53,577 nucleotides of DNA from Paramecium tetraurelia (taxonomy: Eukaryota): positions 248,001-301,577 of the forward strand of contig CT867998.1 of assembly GCA_000165425.1 (NCBI GenBank), given 5' to 3'. Position 1 is the stretch's first letter. Each line of letters begins with the position of its first letter. Positions 52,361 to 53,577 of this stretch are shown here, piece after piece. Under the pieces are notes generated by a model. The model saw only the letters and a program-made list of their open reading frames with translations. It did not search any database and was not told the origin of the DNA. The position numbers and the translations under genes are program-made.

Positions 52361-53485
52361 AGAAAAATATTCTCTCACCCTTTAATATCAAAATTCTAAA
52401 AATGCAGGTCGAGAAACATATCCCGATTCTAATTTAATGATAAAAGTTTTTCGCGATTATTAGACTGTTATTAATGGCATTTTACTTATTTGAGGAAATT
52501 TGTTTTACTAAGAATATCAAATTAATGATGTAAATATAGCGATTCTATTATTATAACTTGTGTGAAATTATTTCAAATATATAATATTAAATATGTAAAT
52601 GTAGCAATTCTAAAGCTAAAGCTTTGCGTATGAAATTAACTCTCTTAATAATCGTTTTAAATATTCATACTCAATCTATAATTCAATGGTGTTTATTAGA
52701 AATTTATGAAAAGCCTTAACAATAATCAAATCTGCAATACTAATTAGAAAGTGATGGTTTTTACAAATTACAAGCTTATTTATCATGCATGTTGTCTTCA
52801 ATTTATAATTAGATAAAATTAACGTCTATTTCAATTTTCAACCTAATTGAAAAAATACTAGCCAACAAAATTAAAATTCGATGATTGAATTCTTCTTAAT
52901 AGATTTGATAATGCTTAATTAATCCAGTTACCACCATTATAGATCTGAAATGCATTTTTGATGGTTACCTAAGTTTTCAAGAAAAATACTGAGGAACTTT
53001 AAACTTCAACTTAATGGGTTAAACTACTCAAATCTATTTTATTTGAATTAAAATCACTGATTAATGTTATTTTTTGCTCTTTATCTACCCCTAATTAATT
53101 TTCAACTCTATTAAACATTATATTATACTTCAGATTAAAAGTTGAATGAAATCTTTGTATTTGAATCCACACTGCTGCTGAAGTAATTTAGCTAAATGTT
53201 TCTAAATTTAATGCAAAATTTTATGCTTTTATAAATGCCATTTAATTGGCATTCTTACTCATCTATTGAAATTTGAATGCTTAATTAATTCATATATTCA
53301 ATGTTAACTTACTCTATATACCTTTTAAGTTCTATGATGGGAAATGCCTCAAAGTAATATGTATGTATTTATTTTTTATAACAATAACAAATAAAATTCA
53401 ACTAAAACAAGTGCTAAGTGGATTATTATTCAAATGTTGATCAAGTATTATAAATTTGGCTTACATAACAGCTACAACTATTAAT

Positions 53486-53572
53486 GGGTTTGGGTTTGGG
53501 TTTGGGTTTGGGTTTGGGTTTGGGGTTGGGGTTGGGTTTGGGGTTGGGGTTGGGGTTGGGGTTGGGGTTGGG
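53486..53572 (+). repeat. Macronuclear telomere, mixed GGGTTT/GGGGTT repeats
   Basis: (GGGTTT)6 (GGGGTT)2 GGGTTT (GGGGTT)5 GGG, with the G-rich strand running 5'->3' toward the end. Confidence 0.97.
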
Positions 53573-53577
53573 TGAAA

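Noticed and set aside
53573..53577. TGAAA after the telomere repeats as evidence of an internal telomere
   Set aside because: It is only 5 nt at the contig end and most likely read-end or linker noise.

Overview
This is ciliate macronuclear-type DNA, almost certainly Paramecium (aurelia-like). TAA/TAG read as Gln, TGA is the only stop, introns are 20-30 nt GT..AG, and the window ends in a mixed G3T3/G4T2 telomere. The supplied ORF track uses the wrong genetic code and is mostly uninformative, so genes were translated by eye. The first ~30.3 kb is gene-dense. It holds a Rab8-like GTPase, a membrane hybrid histidine kinase/receiver, a long coiled-coil protein, three Ser/Thr kinases, APC11, a COG0523/CobW GTPase, a cullin, a secreted H-type-lectin/beta-gamma-crystallin-like protein, several hypotheticals and a Cys-rich surface-protein pseudogene. 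The distal ~23 kb (30.4-53.5 kb) has no intact gene I can recognise. It is a mosaic of decayed coding-like sequence: two diverged copies of one Trp-rich retroposon-like ORF, a degenerate 12-bp array next to a palindrome, a ~250-bp fold-back element with 35-bp inverted arms, pentapeptide/WD40 gene fragments in opposite orientations, and weak transposase-like motifs. This looks like a transposon-rich, germline-like region retained next to a de novo telomere. Family calls in this distal part are by eye and need HMM or homology confirmation.
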